Virus record (IMG/VR): IMGVR_UViG_3300036841_000201
Span: 1 to 59,862 of that record
Source of the DNA: a virus
Taxonomy: Duplodnaviria > Caudoviricetes
Reading direction: 5' to 3' (one strand)
Length of the DNA stretch: 59,862 bases
Part shown: in pieces, positions 9,306 through 19,303 of the stretch
How the letters are laid out: every line of letters begins with the position of its first letter
Numbering within the stretch: the first letter of the stretch is position 1
The notes under the pieces: model-generated
The model's input: only the letters and a program-made list of their open reading frames with translations
Database searches by the model: none
What the model was told of the DNA's origin: nothing
Translations under genes and position numbers: made by a program

Positions 9306-12300
9306 ATGGCCACCACGCTCACCCACTCGTTCGAATCCGGGCAGGCCTCCGGCACGACGATCACGACCGGTAACTCCGGCACCGGTGGGAACGCTTTCGA
9401 CTCGACGACCATCGGCGCGGGCGCGGCGCTCACCTACGACTCGACAGCGTTGCGCCAGACGCTCTCTCTGCTCGCCACGACAACCGGTACGGTCTCCGCC
9501 TCGTCGGCGAACTGGACAACCTCGATCAGCGCGATGTCCCGCGTCTATGGCCGGTTCCTGGTCAGGCCGACGGTGACCGGAGTGCTGACGCCGTGGGTGC
9601 GTGGCCGCGGCGCCGGCACGCAGAACTTCCGCATCGCGATCGAGACGACGAACAAGATCACGTTGCGGAACACCGGCAGCTCGACGCTGGTCACCTCGGC
9701 CGGCGCCATGACCACATCCGATACGTGGCTGATCCGCTTCGACGTCACCATCGGCGCCAGCGCGACCGGCGTCCTGTACATCCACTACAACCCGCTGTCC
9801 GGCACGCCGGACGAGACGCTCACGGCCAACAGCGCAAATTTCTTCACGAGCAACTGTGACGAGCTGAACTGGGGTGTCGCGGTCGCGACGGCCAACGTCG
9901 GCGTCCGCATGGACGATATCGTCGGCGGCGACGTTGTGCTCCCAGGCCCGCCGATCGTCACGATCACCCCGTCCGTGGTGACCGCTGTCGCCGCGACACC
10001 TGCGCCGACGGTCTCGACGGGTGTCACCGCGAAGCCGGCCGCCGTCGCTGCGGTGGCGAGCGTGCCGGCGCCCACGCTCTCGACCAGCTCGATCATCACA
10101 CCGGCAACCGTTGCCGCGTTGGCCACCATCCCGACCCCCACGGCGGGGCTGTTGGTGTCGCCGCCGACGCTCGTCAACGAATGGACCGCCACCGCGACCG
10201 ACGCCGACCCGATCGTCCGCGCCACCCCGACCGCCGGGAACTGGCTGATCGTCGTCACGTCCTGGCACACCATCGACGGCACCACCCCGACCCTGGCCGT
10301 GGGCGATCTGGCCGGGAACTGGTGGCGCCGCCTCGGCCAGTCCATCAACTCGGACAAGGGCATCGGGGTCGAGATCTGGGCAGCCCCGAACATCGCCCTC
10401 CGCGGCCGCTCGTACACCGACGTGCACGTCACCGTCGCTGACGTCACCGGCTCCGACCTCGGCCGAGTCGCCGTGGACGTGGCCGAGTTCGCGAACTTGT
10501 CCGACTACGTAACGATCGAAGCGCAGGTAGCGGACTCCGCAGACGCGGCCACGGCTTTCTCCCTCACCATGTCCGCCCCGGCGGCGGCGAGCCTGGCGAT
10601 CGTCGGGATCGTGGTGGACGACGACGACACGACGATCTCGCACACCTCGGTCGGGTGGTCGAGCCTCACGCAGGTCACCGCGTCCAGCGCGGTGGAGATC
10701 GAGCAGCACGGCCGCTACAAGGCCACGAGCGCCGGGGAAACCACGTCGTGGACGAGCTCACCGGCGGTGAACTTCGCCGGCGTGCTGATCGCGTTCCGGC
10801 AGACTGGCGTGGCCCCGTCGCAGCCGAACGCGAACTGGCCGGCGCTGCAGGTGCAACTCGGTCTCGGGTTCGATATGCGCACCCCGCTGCCGGCCGTCGA
10901 GTGGACGTCGCTGATCGACCGGCTGGCCGGGCTGTCGACCGCGCACGGGATCCAGGCGGAGATGGGCGCGCCGCAGGCCGGCGAAACAGACCTCGACCTA
11001 CGCAACAACGACGGCGCCTTGACGCCCCGGCCGGCGGCGGACACGGGTACTGCGGCGGGCGCCGGCACGACTTCCTACATCGTGATCCCGGACGCGACGG
11101 CCGCGTCGTGGTCGGTGGGGGACTGGGCTGTCATCAAGACTTCGGCCGGCGTCGTGCGCGCGACCACCACCGGGGACTACGCCGTACGGATCACCGCCAA
11201 GCCCAGCGCGTTCGGATTCACGAATTTGACCTTCACCCCAGCGCTCACCGCGGCGACCGCTACGAACGACACGGTGACGGCCTGCCCCATCGACATGTAC
11301 CTACCGGCGCGCATGCTCGCGACCTGGGACGGCCGGACGTACCCGATCTACACCGGGCAGGTCGAGCGGTGGCCACAGCGCACCTCCGACGCCTACCACG
11401 TCGGCGTCCCGGCGGTAGGCACCGATGCCCTCGCCACCCTGACCGCGGAGACCGTGACTCCGCTGCGGGGCGAGATCCTTCGCCGGCGGCCGTGGGCGTA
11501 CTGGCCCTGCGACGACAGCAGCGGGGCGCCGGGCGCGCAGAACGTCTCGGGTCGTACGGTGACGCAGTTGATCCAGCGGCTCAGCAAGGACGGAGCCGGC
11601 AGCGCCGAAGCTGCGTTCGGTAGCGACACCCGCCTCAACGGCCTGAACGGGATCAACGGAGACCCGGGCACCGGGTGGGAGCAGTCCGGCCTCGTCGCCG
11701 CGGACACCACCGAGGGCTACTGCCTGCGCGGCGACCTGGACAACCCGCCTGCGATCTCCGGCGGCATCACGATCTACGTGTGCGCCCGGATCCAGAAGAT
11801 CCAGTTCGGGCCGATCGTGCACGAACCGACGATCTTCATCATCAAGAACTCCGACCCGGGCGGTGGTGGCACGGGTGCGATGCTGCAGCTCGCGTGCGAC
11901 CAGACCAACCCTGGGCTCGGACAGATCAGCGTGTGGGACAAGGACACCCACGCCCGCACCGACACGCTGTCCGCCGGCCCGATCGACTTCACCAACACGT
12001 TCATCGACCTGGCCGTGACCTTCACGCGCACCTCGTGGACGTGCTATGTCAACGGCAATGTCGCCGAACTCGGTGGCGAGGTCTTCAGCGGGTCGTGCGA
12101 CCTTCAGGCGCACTTCGACATCTTTTCGGCGATGGGCGAGGCCGACCAGTTCTTCAACGGCACCATGGCCCTCGGGACGATCTCACACATCGCTATCTGG
12201 GACCGCGTGTTGTCCGCGGCCGAACTCGCCACCATCAGCAGCGTTCGTGTCTTCGCAGGCAGCGGCAAGGAATTCACGCACGAGCGGATCAAGAGGAAGT

Positions 12301-13073
12301 TGGCCACCTCCGGATGGAAGGGCGCCCGCATCGTCTCGGCCGGCGATGTCCTGCTCTCCGATGATGTCGGCAACGAAGGCCGCTCGGTCGCCGACATGAC
12401 CAACGAGGTCGCCAGCACCGAGGCCTCACTCACCTATGTCGACGCTGGCGGTTACCTGCGGGTGGAATCCCGCGCCGTGGCTGCCGACAAGGTCCCGCAG
12501 CTCGTCCTCGGCGAGGACACTGCCTCCGGCGAGGTTCCGTACGTACCGGGTCTGGAGTACGACTACGACCCGACGTTCGTCTACAACCACACCGAGGTGG
12601 AGCGGACAGCGGCCGTATGGGACACCGACACCCCGCAGGGATTCGCCTCGAGCGTCACCCTGCACGTCGCTGAGGACTCCTTGAGCAAGGACCGGTACGG
12701 GCTGCGCACCCTCAGCAAGGACGCCCGGCTCTACAACCCTGACGACGCCGCAGCGCTGGCCGAGTGGCTGCTGTCGAAGTACCGCCTGCCGCAGCTGCGG
12801 ATCTCCACCGTCACCATCGACCCCACCGCCTACCCCGCCGCGTGGCCGGGCGTGCTCGGCGTCGAGGTCGGGGACCTGGTGACGATCAACCGGCGTCCGC
12901 TCAACGCGCCGGCGACGAGCACGCAATGCCTGGTGCTGAAGGTGCAGCACGACGTCACCACCAGCCCAACCCGGTGGGCCCTGACCCTGACCCTCGCCAC
13001 GGCCGACCCGGGGACGCTCGTGCTCTCCGACGCCGTCCGGGGGATCGTCGGCGACAACTCCTTCGGGTGGTGA
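9306..13073 (+). CDS. Large minor tail protein with LamG-like domain(s)
   Basis: 1255 aa; PWAYWPCDD and ISHIAIWDRVLSAAE LamG-type motifs; C-terminal EVGDLVTI tail-hub motif. Confidence 0.75.
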   Translation: MATTLTHSFESGQASGTTITTGNSGTGGNAFDSTTIGAGAALTYDSTALRQTLSLLATTTGTVSASSANWTTSISAMSRVYGRFLVRPTVTGVLTPWVRGRGAGTQNFRIAIETTNKITLRNTGSSTLVTSAGAMTTSDTWLIRFDVTIGASATGVLYIHYNPLSGTPDETLTANSANFFTSNCDELNWGVAVATANVGVRMDDIVGGDVVLPGPPIVTITPSVVTAVAATPAPTVSTGVTAKPAAVAAVASVPAPTLSTSSIITPATVAALATIPTPTAGLLVSPPTLVNEWTATATDADPIVRATPTAGNWLIVVTSWHTIDGTTPTLAVGDLAGNWWRRLGQSINSDKGIGVEIWAAPNIALRGRSYTDVHVTVADVTGSDLGRVAVDVAEFANLSDYVTIEAQVADSADAATAFSLTMSAPAAASLAIVGIVVDDDDTTISHTSVGWSSLTQVTASSAVEIEQHGRYKATSAGETTSWTSSPAVNFAGVLIAFRQTGVAPSQPNANWPALQVQLGLGFDMRTPLPAVEWTSLIDRLAGLSTAHGIQAEMGAPQAGETDLDLRNNDGALTPRPAADTGTAAGAGTTSYIVIPDATAASWSVGDWAVIKTSAGVVRATTTGDYAVRITAKPSAFGFTNLTFTPALTAATATNDTVTACPIDMYLPARMLATWDGRTYPIYTGQVERWPQRTSDAYHVGVPAVGTDALATLTAETVTPLRGEILRRRPWAYWPCDDSSGAPGAQNVSGRTVTQLIQRLSKDGAGSAEAAFGSDTRLNGLNGINGDPGTGWEQSGLVAADTTEGYCLRGDLDNPPAISGGITIYVCARIQKIQFGPIVHEPTIFIIKNSDPGGGGTGAMLQLACDQTNPGLGQISVWDKDTHARTDTLSAGPIDFTNTFIDLAVTFTRTSWTCYVNGNVAELGGEVFSGSCDLQAHFDIFSAMGEADQFFNGTMALGTISHIAIWDRVLSAAELATISSVRVFAGSGKEFTHERIKRKLATSGWKGARIVSAGDVLLSDDVGNEGRSVADMTNEVASTEASLTYVDAGGYLRVESRAVAADKVPQLVLGEDTASGEVPYVPGLEYDYDPTFVYNHTEVERTAAVWDTDTPQGFASSVTLHVAEDSLSKDRYGLRTLSKDARLYNPDDAAALAEWLLSKYRLPQLRISTVTIDPTAYPAAWPGVLGVEVGDLVTINRRPLNAPATSTQCLVLKVQHDVTTSPTRWALTLTLATADPGTLVLSDAVRGIVGDNSFGW

Positions 13074-13077
13074 GCCG

Positions 13078-14253
13078 GTGACCACGCTGCAGACCACCAC
13101 CCCGGACGGTCAGATTGTTGATCTGCCGGTCGACCCGCAGACCTGGACCGAGGCGCAGCGTGTCCGCGTACAGGACCTCTACCGGGACGTGTCCGGTACG
13201 GTCGCTTGGGCCCGACGCAGGACCCAGTTCATGGGCATCCAGACCGCCGCGCAGAGCATCTCGTCGTCGACATTCACAGCGCTGGACCTCGACACAGAAC
13301 TGATCGACACCGACGCCGGACACTCGCTCACCACCAATATCAGCAGATGGACCGCGCCCACCAGCACGAACACGACCGACTATTACCTGATCAACGGGTA
13401 CGTCCCGTTCAACTACTCGGGCGGCACCGCCTCCACCTTCATTACCGGCTTGCGCATCAATGGCGCCGGCACGACCTTCGAAGGCAACAAGATCGGCGCG
13501 ACGAGCGCGCACATCGTCGACGGCATGGTCATCGACCTGATCGGCCTGTCCGCCGGCGACTACGTCCAGCTGATGGGCTGGCAGAACACCGGCTCGTCGC
13601 AGAACACCGCGGTCTCCGCCAAGACCCCGAGCCTGAACATTAGGTGGGCGTGCTCGAGCCCGGCGACGAGCGTGAACCTGCCCTCCCCGCACACCTGGCT
13701 CGATTCCGACCTCGCCACTGCGGACGCCACCGGCACCAGCGGCGGCCACACGCTCGTGCCCTTCAACCGCGAGATTCGCGACCCCATCCGGTGGCTCAAC
13801 CGTCCGCCCACGTTGCGGGTCACCTCGGCCGGCACCTCCCAGACGATCGCCGCGAACACTTGGACGGCGATCACCATGGTTACCGAGACCATCGACACGC
13901 ACGCCATGTGGGCTGCCTCGCCGAACCCGACTCGGATCGTGTGCGCGCAGCCGGGTCTCTATTTGATCGTGGGGCTGTTCGCGGTCGACGCCGACGCCAC
14001 GCCGAGTTCCTACGTGCAGGCCCGCATCCGGCACACCATTGCCGCCGGCGGCACGGCCGACTACTACGGCCAGTCCTCGATGCGCGCCACCGGCGCGAGC
14101 TCGCCCGGTGACGCCGTCTACGCGACCGCGATGATCCGCATGGTCGCCAACGACTACATCGAGCTGCTGGGCTGGCAGAACGACGGCACACGCAACGTCA
14201 AGACCGGTGCCGGTGACTGCGCCCGAGTCATCGCACTGTTCATGGCGGCCTGA
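13078..14253 (+). CDS. Tail fibre/receptor-binding-like protein (C1q-like beta domains)
   Basis: Repeated PTRI...GLYLI...DYIEL/DYVQL motifs. Confidence 0.6.
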   Translation: MTTLQTTTPDGQIVDLPVDPQTWTEAQRVRVQDLYRDVSGTVAWARRRTQFMGIQTAAQSISSSTFTALDLDTELIDTDAGHSLTTNISRWTAPTSTNTTDYYLINGYVPFNYSGGTASTFITGLRINGAGTTFEGNKIGATSAHIVDGMVIDLIGLSAGDYVQLMGWQNTGSSQNTAVSAKTPSLNIRWACSSPATSVNLPSPHTWLDSDLATADATGTSGGHTLVPFNREIRDPIRWLNRPPTLRVTSAGTSQTIAANTWTAITMVTETIDTHAMWAASPNPTRIVCAQPGLYLIVGLFAVDADATPSSYVQARIRHTIAAGGTADYYGQSSMRATGASSPGDAVYATAMIRMVANDYIELLGWQNDGTRNVKTGAGDCARVIALFMAA

Positions 14254-14822
14254 TGGCATACACCCCGCCACCGACAATTCCACGCTTCCAAGCCGGCCGG
14301 GTCCCCGCCACGACCGACCTGAACGGGCTCGTCCGTGACTCCTGGAACGGCCTGCTGCAGCGCGCCGTGTTCCGCGCCCGCCGCACGACTTCCCTCACGA
14401 TCGCCGCGGGGCATCAGTTCGTCGCGTGGAACTCGGCCGGTATCGACGAGGACAACGCGAGCGGGTGGAGCGCCGGCCAGCCCACCCGCTACACCGTCCC
14501 AACGGCCGGTTGGTACCTCATCACCGCCGCCGTTTCCCTCTCCGGCACAGGCGCGGCGAACCTCGTCCTGATCCCGAGCATCGCCGTCAACGGCGTCAGC
14601 CTCACCGGAGTCGGCTCGAACGGCTGGGAGGGCGCCGAGATCCGAGTCCCGACCGGCGGCACCGGCGAGCCGAAGATATCCAGCGGCCTCTGGGAGCAGT
14701 ACGCCAACGCTGGCGACTACTTCGAGCTTGACCTTTGGTACTCGTCCGAATCCGCGATCACCGCCGTGGACACCACCGCCGGGCAGCAATGCCGAATCGG
14801 GATCGCCTGGACAGGCATGTGA
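14253..14822 (+). CDS. Tail protein (C1q-like beta domain)
   Basis: PTRYTVPTAGWYLI...AGDYFEL, same pattern as the preceding gene. Confidence 0.6.
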   Translation: MAYTPPPTIPRFQAGRVPATTDLNGLVRDSWNGLLQRAVFRARRTTSLTIAAGHQFVAWNSAGIDEDNASGWSAGQPTRYTVPTAGWYLITAAVSLSGTGAANLVLIPSIAVNGVSLTGVGSNGWEGAEIRVPTGGTGEPKISSGLWEQYANAGDYFELDLWYSSESAITAVDTTAGQQCRIGIAWTGM

Positions 14823-14834
14823 AGAGGGGGCGCA

Positions 14835-15137
14835 GTGACTGATGGGCCCTCGAACGCGGAGCTCGGCGGACGGATCGCTGACCTGCGTACCGACATCGCC
14901 TCGCTACGTGCGCACCTGTCCCAGGACTACGTGCTCGCGCAGGTGCACAAGATCGTCATCGACGGGTTGACCGACCGCGTCCGCCGGCTGGAGGAAGAAC
15001 AGGCCGCGGCCAAAGTGCGCGAGGAGAATGAGCGGTCGGCGAATCGGCGGACCCGCTGGCAGGTCGTCGCGGGCGGCATCGCGGCGTTCCTGGCCTCCCT
15101 CGGCGTAGCCGTGATCAGCGCATTCATAAGGGGTTGA
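14835..15137 (+). CDS. Membrane protein (coiled coil plus C-terminal TM), lysis-associated
   Basis: Hydrophobic C-terminus; upstream of endolysin. Confidence 0.6.
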   Translation: MTDGPSNAELGGRIADLRTDIASLRAHLSQDYVLAQVHKIVIDGLTDRVRRLEEEQAAAKVREENERSANRRTRWQVVAGGIAAFLASLGVAVISAFIRG

Positions 15138-15141
15138 GTCC

Positions 15142-15636
15142 ATGACGAAGGCCTGGGATGCCACGCTGGCCGGCGGCGTAGCCACTGTGGCGGCCGCGAT
15201 GGTCGTCGGCGCGCACCTGGCGGCGAGCGCGTACGTGGGTGTGCGGCACGAGCGGGACCTTGCCCGCGCGCAGGTCGCCGCTCTCCGGGCTGCCCGGCCG
15301 GTCGGCCAGCCGGCTCAGCCCATGCCGTCTTCAACCCCTTCATCGTCCTCCCCGGCGCGTGCCAGGTCCCCCCGTCCTGAGGCACCCGGCGCCGGGGAGG
15401 GCCAGTCTCACCCGGGCGCGCGTGCGGCCGTGCTCGTGCCCGTCAGCGCGCGGGAGACGCCGCACCCCGGCGGCGGCCGCGCGCCGGGCGGGAGTGGCAA
15501 CCCGTCCCCTGCCGGCTCGGGTGGAGGCGAGAAGACCACCGCGCCCGCCGCCGAGCAGTGCCCGGACGGCCGGCTGCTGACCGTGCGCGTCCTGCGCCTG
15601 CCCTGCAACACGGTCGTCGTCGGCGGCCGACCCTGA
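15142..15636 (+). CDS. Hypothetical membrane/secreted protein
   Basis: N-terminal hydrophobic segment, P/S/G-rich linker, C-terminal Cys pair. Confidence 0.5.
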   Translation: MTKAWDATLAGGVATVAAAMVVGAHLAASAYVGVRHERDLARAQVAALRAARPVGQPAQPMPSSTPSSSSPARARSPRPEAPGAGEGQSHPGARAAVLVPVSARETPHPGGGRAPGGSGNPSPAGSGGGEKTTAPAAEQCPDGRLLTVRVLRLPCNTVVVGGRP

Positions 15637-15651
15637 ATGCGAGGAGATCTC

Positions 15652-15786
15652 ATGTCCGAACCGATGCCTCCGGAGCCGGCCGGCGACGCCGCCCCGCGCC
15701 CCGAGGACGGCCCGCAGACACCCGACCTTGACGACCTGGACGCACAAGCCGAGCAGGTCGACAACGAGATCGAGCGAGGCGAGTAA
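15652..15786 (+). CDS. Small acidic protein (44 aa)
   Basis: GAGGAG RBS; MSEPMPPEP...EIERGE; TAA overlaps the endolysin ATG; not in the ORF track. Confidence 0.55.
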   Translation: MSEPMPPEPAGDAAPRPEDGPQTPDLDDLDAQAEQVDNEIERGE

Positions 15787-16487
15787 TGGGCACCGTGACC
15801 GCGATGCTGGCCGAGGCCCGGCGGCACATCGGGTACCGCGAGGGCAAGACCACGCCGTTCGGGATCTGGTACGGCGACCAGGTCCACAGCAGCGCGTACG
15901 ACTCGGCGGCCTGGTGCGACATGTTCCTGTCCTACTGCGCCGCGGTGACCGACAACGGCCCGGCCGTAGGCCGGTTCGCCTACACCCCGAGCCACGTGAA
16001 CTGGTTCAAGAGCCTCGGACGCTGGCACAACGGCAAGGCCGGCGCCCGAGCCGGTGATCTGGTGTTCTTCGACTGGGACGGCGGCGTTGTCGATCACGTC
16101 GGCATCGTCGAGAAGGTCCTGAGCGATGGCCGCCTGCAGACGATCGAGGGCAATACCTCGGACGCGTGCCTGCGCAGGGTGCGGTCCGGCTCCATCGCTG
16201 GGTACGGCCGCCCGGCCTACACCGCCACCCCGCCGGCACCGAAGCCGCCGCCTCCGCCCCCGCCGTGGCCGGGCACCTACTACCAGCTGCGGTCCCCGAT
16301 GATGCGCGGCGAGAACGTGAAGTGGATCCAGCGCCGTCTCAACGTCAAGGGCGCGTCCCCGAAACTCGGTGTCGACGGCGTGTTCGGTCCGCGCACCGAG
16401 CGCGAGACCCGCGACTACCAGAAGGCCCACAAGCTCACCGTGGACGGCGTCGTCGGGCCGCGGACCTGGGTCTCACTGGCCAAGTAG
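15786..16487 (+). CDS. Endolysin (CHAP domain plus peptidoglycan-binding domain)
   Basis: AWCDMF...GDLVFFDW...DHVGIVE...TIEGNT CHAP motifs; VDGVFGPRT/VDGVVGPRTW PG-binding motifs. Confidence 0.9.
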   Translation: MGTVTAMLAEARRHIGYREGKTTPFGIWYGDQVHSSAYDSAAWCDMFLSYCAAVTDNGPAVGRFAYTPSHVNWFKSLGRWHNGKAGARAGDLVFFDWDGGVVDHVGIVEKVLSDGRLQTIEGNTSDACLRRVRSGSIAGYGRPAYTATPPAPKPPPPPPPWPGTYYQLRSPMMRGENVKWIQRRLNVKGASPKLGVDGVFGPRTERETRDYQKAHKLTVDGVVGPRTWVSLAK

Positions 16488-16490
16488 AAG

Positions 16491-16520
16491 ACCCCGGCGC
16501 CCGTTGCGGCGGGCCCGGGG
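16491..16520. terminator. GC hairpin between convergent genes
   Basis: CCCCGGCGCCCG...CGGGCCCGGGG imperfect inverted repeat after the endolysin stop. Confidence 0.4.
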
Positions 16521-16552
16521 ATGGCAACCCTCAAGGAAAAACTAGAAGCGGG

Positions 16553-16987
16553 TTACGCGCCGAGATACGCGAGGACCCGTCGAATCGAATCGGGGGAGTC
16601 TCCGAGGACTCCTAGCGCAGTGTTGCACTTCTTGCATAGAAGACCCCTGACCCTCCCGGTCCGGTGATCGTGGTCTACGCACAAGCCGTGCACGGCCATC
16701 AGCACGTGTTCCTTGCTGCATAACGCGCAGCGGCCCTCTTGCCGATCGAACAGCCCCATGTATTCCTCCCAACTAAGCCCGTAGAGTCGGCGGACGTGCC
16801 CCTTGACGTAGGACAGTCGGTGGGCCTCGGGATTCTCCTCGCGCCAGCGCTTATTCCGCTTCGAGTTGCAGCGCTTACAGTGGTTCTGCCTCTTGTGGAA
16901 CTCAGACGGATCCTTGGTTTCCTTGCAGTAGTTGCACGTCTTCACCCTATTAACTCTAATAGAGTTGGCAGAGTTGGGCCGCATCAT
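16553..16987 (-). CDS. Recombination endonuclease VII / HNH-type endonuclease
   Basis: CxxC zinc motifs, YGLS..EY..L...Q.GRCALC, VDHDHRTGRVRGLLCKKCNTALG; lower GC; start uncertain (16987 or GTG 16945). Confidence 0.85.
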   Translation of the reverse strand: MMRPNSANSIRVNRVKTCNYCKETKDPSEFHKRQNHCKRCNSKRNKRWREENPEAHRLSYVKGHVRRLYGLSWEEYMGLFDRQEGRCALCSKEHVLMAVHGLCVDHDHRTGRVRGLLCKKCNTALGVLGDSPDSIRRVLAYLGA

Positions 16988-17041
16988 TTTCGCTTTAGCA
17001 CCTCCGCGAATCTCATTGCTGCGTAGCTCGCAGTTTGCTCT

Positions 17042-17071
17042 ATGCCTCGCAGGGCAGTGCGAGGCATTTCT
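17042..17071 (+). terminator. Perfect 10-bp hairpin with a short T tract upstream of the holin
   Basis: ATGCCTCGCA-GGGCAG-TGCGAGGCAT-TTCT. Confidence 0.4.
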
Positions 17072-17086
17072 CATGCTGGAGGCACG

Positions 17087-17275
17087 ATGCAGATCAGCAA
17101 GTACTGGAAGGGCATCATCGCCGCACTCGCCCCGGTCATTACGACGATCGGCGCTGCGGTCGATGACGGCAAGATTGACGGCGCTGAGGCGTTGACGATC
17201 GCCGGGGTACTGACCGTGCTCGTCGGTGTGGTGGCCAAGAGCAACGCGCAGCAGCCGCCGGCTGGGGATGCCTGA
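17087..17275 (+). CDS. Putative holin
   Basis: 62 aa, two hydrophobic segments, KYWKGIIAAL start, GGAGG RBS. Confidence 0.7.
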   Translation: MQISKYWKGIIAALAPVITTIGAAVDDGKIDGAEALTIAGVLTVLVGVVAKSNAQQPPAGDA

Positions 17276-18222
17276 TGGGCGTTCTGGTCGCCACCGAGGA
17301 CGAGGTGCGCGAGGTTGAGCGCGAAGGTAACGAACACGACGCTGTCCAGGATGCCGAGCTCGCCTCGCTCGCCGAGCGGGTGGACGCGCTCGAGGCCCGC
17401 CCAGCCCCGACGGTGACAGCGCCGCGGGTGGGTGCGTACGTCGGCGCGGAGACCGGCACCGTCGACTACCCGGGGCTGTGGCGGGCCGCTCAGCGCTCAT
17501 TCGGGCCGCTGCACATCTGGCGGTGCTTCGACTCGACGATCAAGGCGCCGGCCTCGGCCCGGTACGCGAAGGTGCCCGGCCCAACCCCGTTCTACTCGCT
17601 GAAGCCCCCGAACGCGGACCGAGCAGGTTTCGCCGCCGGCCAGTACGTGACCGCCTACCAGACGGTCGTGTCCGGCCTGCCGCAGGGCTCATACCTGGCG
17701 GTGTGGCACGAGCCCGAAGACGACATGACCGGCGACCAGTTCGCCGCGCTGACTGAACGCGCGTACGCCGACGCGAAGGCCGTACGGCCGGATCTGACCT
17801 TCTGCTACGCGGCCATGGCCTACCAGTGGGAGACCAACTCCCAGGGCAACGTCGGCTCCTCGGCCGGCTGGCTCGACGCCGCCAAGCTCGTCGACCTCGT
17901 CACCGTGGATGTGTACGCCAACGACTGGCATTACTGGCCGCTGGCCACCGACGCCGGCATGGCCCGGTGGCTCGACGAGATCGCGGCAGCGTCCGGGCGG
18001 CCGTGGGGCATCAGCGAGCGCGGCATCGACTCTGCCGCGGGCGAGAATGCGCGGATCGACATGCTGATGGACGACTGGCTGTTCGCCTGCCAGCACGGTG
18101 CGCAGATGATGCTGTACTGGCAAGCCAACTGGACAACCGGGAATTGGGCGCTCACCGGGGCCACCGAGTTGGCCGCCATGGGACGCATCGCAGCGCAGGG
18201 CAATGCTGCTCGGTTGGGGTGA
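17275..18222 (+). CDS. Putative glycoside hydrolase (clan GH-A / GH26-like)
   Basis: WHEPE acid/base-like motif, D.V.VDVY, PWGISE nucleophile-like motif. Confidence 0.6.
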   Translation: MGVLVATEDEVREVEREGNEHDAVQDAELASLAERVDALEARPAPTVTAPRVGAYVGAETGTVDYPGLWRAAQRSFGPLHIWRCFDSTIKAPASARYAKVPGPTPFYSLKPPNADRAGFAAGQYVTAYQTVVSGLPQGSYLAVWHEPEDDMTGDQFAALTERAYADAKAVRPDLTFCYAAMAYQWETNSQGNVGSSAGWLDAAKLVDLVTVDVYANDWHYWPLATDAGMARWLDEIAAASGRPWGISERGIDSAAGENARIDMLMDDWLFACQHGAQMMLYWQANWTTGNWALTGATELAAMGRIAAQGNAARLG

Positions 18223-19303
18223 TGAGTGATGGGTGGACGAGGAGCAAGCGGCCGGAGCGTCGCGCAGGCGACAACGACCACTGCGACTACTGCGAGCGTC
18301 GAGGACCGTATCCGCCAGGTCTTCGACCAAATCGCCCCGCGCAATCCGTGGGGTCAGAGGGAGCATGCGTCGATCACCGACATCCGCAAGGCCCTTGCCG
18401 GCGAATTCACTGATGCCCAGCTGGATGCGGCGATGCGCCGGCTGGCCCACGATCCCGACGTGGACATGATGCCCGAGGCGAACCAGAAGATCCTCACGAC
18501 CGAGCGCCGCCGCCACGCGGTGCGGGTCGGCGGCCAGGACAGCCACCTCATCAAGATTTCCAAATGAGCGCACCGGGTAATGCTGCTCGGTTGGTGATTC
18601 CGGACCGGCATCTCGGCGGCACCCGCTCCAGCCACCGTTGGGCCGAGATGCCCGGCAACTGGGACCGGCTCAACACCCGCGCACTGTTTCCCGGCGACGA
18701 CGAGTGGGGCGTCCCGCTACTGCCGGAGTCCACGTGGATTCCTGCTCGGTTGGTGGCATACAACGACAGGGCAGCGTGCGACCGGGCGGCCGGCGAGACT
18801 GACGTGGCGGTGCACACCTTCCTCGACGACTACCGCTTCGAAGTCGCGTGGACCAAGCCGGAGCGTGCCCTGTCCCGCGTCATGCGCGTCGGTGCCGGCC
18901 TGACTCCGGACTTTAGCCTGTGGGCCGACATGCCCATGGCCATGCAGCTGTGGCAGGTTTACCGGTCCCGCTGGTGCGGCGCCTGGTGGGCCAGCCACGG
19001 CGTGCGGGTCATCCCCACGATCAGTTGGTCCACCCCGGAGTCCTACCGCTTCGCCTTCGCCGGCATAGCAACCGGCTCGGTCGTGGCAATCTCCAGCGTC
19101 GGCACCCGCTCGGCTGGCGATCTGTTCGCGGCCGGCTACCGCGAGATGCTCGACCGGCTCCGCCCATCCACTGTCCTGGTGTACGGCGATCTCCCGAAAA
19201 CCTGCTCGGTTGGGGTGGATGGGCCGGCGGTCCGCTGCTACCCGACCCGCTGGCGCGATCGATCGCCGGCCCCGGCGGACTCGTCGGCAACCTGCTCGGT
19301 TGG
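18206..19303 (+). repeat. Five direct copies of CTGCTCGGTTGG
   Basis: Copies start at 18206, 18583, 18742, 19202 and 19292. Confidence 0.85.
18226..18567 (+). CDS. Hypothetical protein (MGGRG N-terminus), possible winged helix
   Basis: Coupled to the DUF4417 gene; MGGRGAS starts are typical of DUF4417 neighbours. Confidence 0.6.
   Translation: MMGGRGASGRSVAQATTTTATTASVEDRIRQVFDQIAPRNPWGQREHASITDIRKALAGEFTDAQLDAAMRRLAHDPDVDMMPEANQKILTTERRRHAVRVGGQDSHLIKISK

Noticed and set aside
11470-11487. 15/18 match to guide U1 (B+revcomp A) in the minor tail gene
   Set aside because: Three mismatches in a GC-rich 60-kb genome, found after trying many guides; not convincing without a statistical null.
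16488-17086. Group I intron around the endonuclease gene
   Set aside because: The endolysin and holin ORFs are both intact, the endonuclease is antisense, and no intron core elements were recognisable.
19281-19300. CTGCTCGG repeat as a self-target of guide U5 (revcomp of spacer A, CCAGCTCGG, matches 8/9)
   Set aside because: The spacer B half needs gaps to align, so the match is compatible with chance.
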